A stretch of 46,304 nt of DNA from NCBI GenBank assembly GCA_013115125.1, contig JABANN010000260.1:1-46304 (forward strand), read 5' to 3'. Every line of letters begins with the position of its first letter. The stretch's first letter is position 1. Origin of the DNA: Perkinsus olseni (taxonomy: Eukaryota). The translations under genes and the position numbers were made by a program. Below, piece after piece: positions 46,235 through 46,304 of this stretch. Below the pieces are notes generated by a model that saw only the letters and a program-made list of their open reading frames with translations, ran no database searches and was not told the origin of the DNA.

Positions 46235-46304
<70 letters not shown>
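45099..46304 (-). CDS. 3' part of a spliced hypothetical gene with acidic C-terminus (5' end beyond the window)
   Basis: Exon-like segments 'FAKNAKQLD', 'YRSKFPDQVKKVLRNAMK', 'LKLDPAIVPLKEGGGHRDGKWKK', 'RDERQRLREEFHERRK', ending 'DNDDDAEWDELLNAEEEEEELNLY*' at 45099, separated by short intron-like stretches. Confidence 0.65.
46235..46304. repeat. (GTT)n/(AAC)n trinucleotide microsatellite, at least 23 units, running off the window end
   Basis: Perfect repeat seen directly; preceded by GCTACTGCTGCC repeats at ~46194-46232. Confidence 0.97.

Noticed and set aside
1-46304. Prokaryotic systems (CRISPR arrays, operons, defence islands), rRNA or tRNA genes
   Set aside because: The sequence is intron-rich eukaryotic DNA; no repeat-spacer array or recognisable structural RNA gene was seen by eye.

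Overview
Eukaryotic, gene-dense genomic DNA of roughly balanced GC. Most genes are broken by many very short GT-AG introns (about 40-75 nt), which is why the ORF track is fragmented. The style strongly resembles a Perkinsus-type alveolate (inference, not proven). 1-~7000 is a graveyard of decayed minus-strand LTR-retrotransposon pol/gag fragments, followed by a 226-bp element bounded by terminal inverted repeats. The rest holds about 14 protein genes, largely spliced by hand: an intronless Pro/Gln-rich disordered protein with TQT-like motifs; a single-domain voltage-gated cation channel with EF-hands (filter TLDTW); a processive GT2 glycan synthase with a Cys-rich ectodomain and a variant QxxRW motif; two tandem fatty-acid-hydroxylase/sterol-desaturase paralogs; a USP36/42-like deubiquitinase; a claudin-like tetraspan protein; a coiled-coil protein; DHX34; an intronless hypothetical; an LMBR1-family protein; a CDK12/CDK9-like kinase with a long T-loop insert; a SulP-STAS-cNMP transporter; and a 5'-truncated gene running into a (GTT)n microsatellite. 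No rRNA, tRNA or CRISPR was recognised. Coordinates of spliced genes are start-to-stop spans including introns, and several 5' ends are uncertain.
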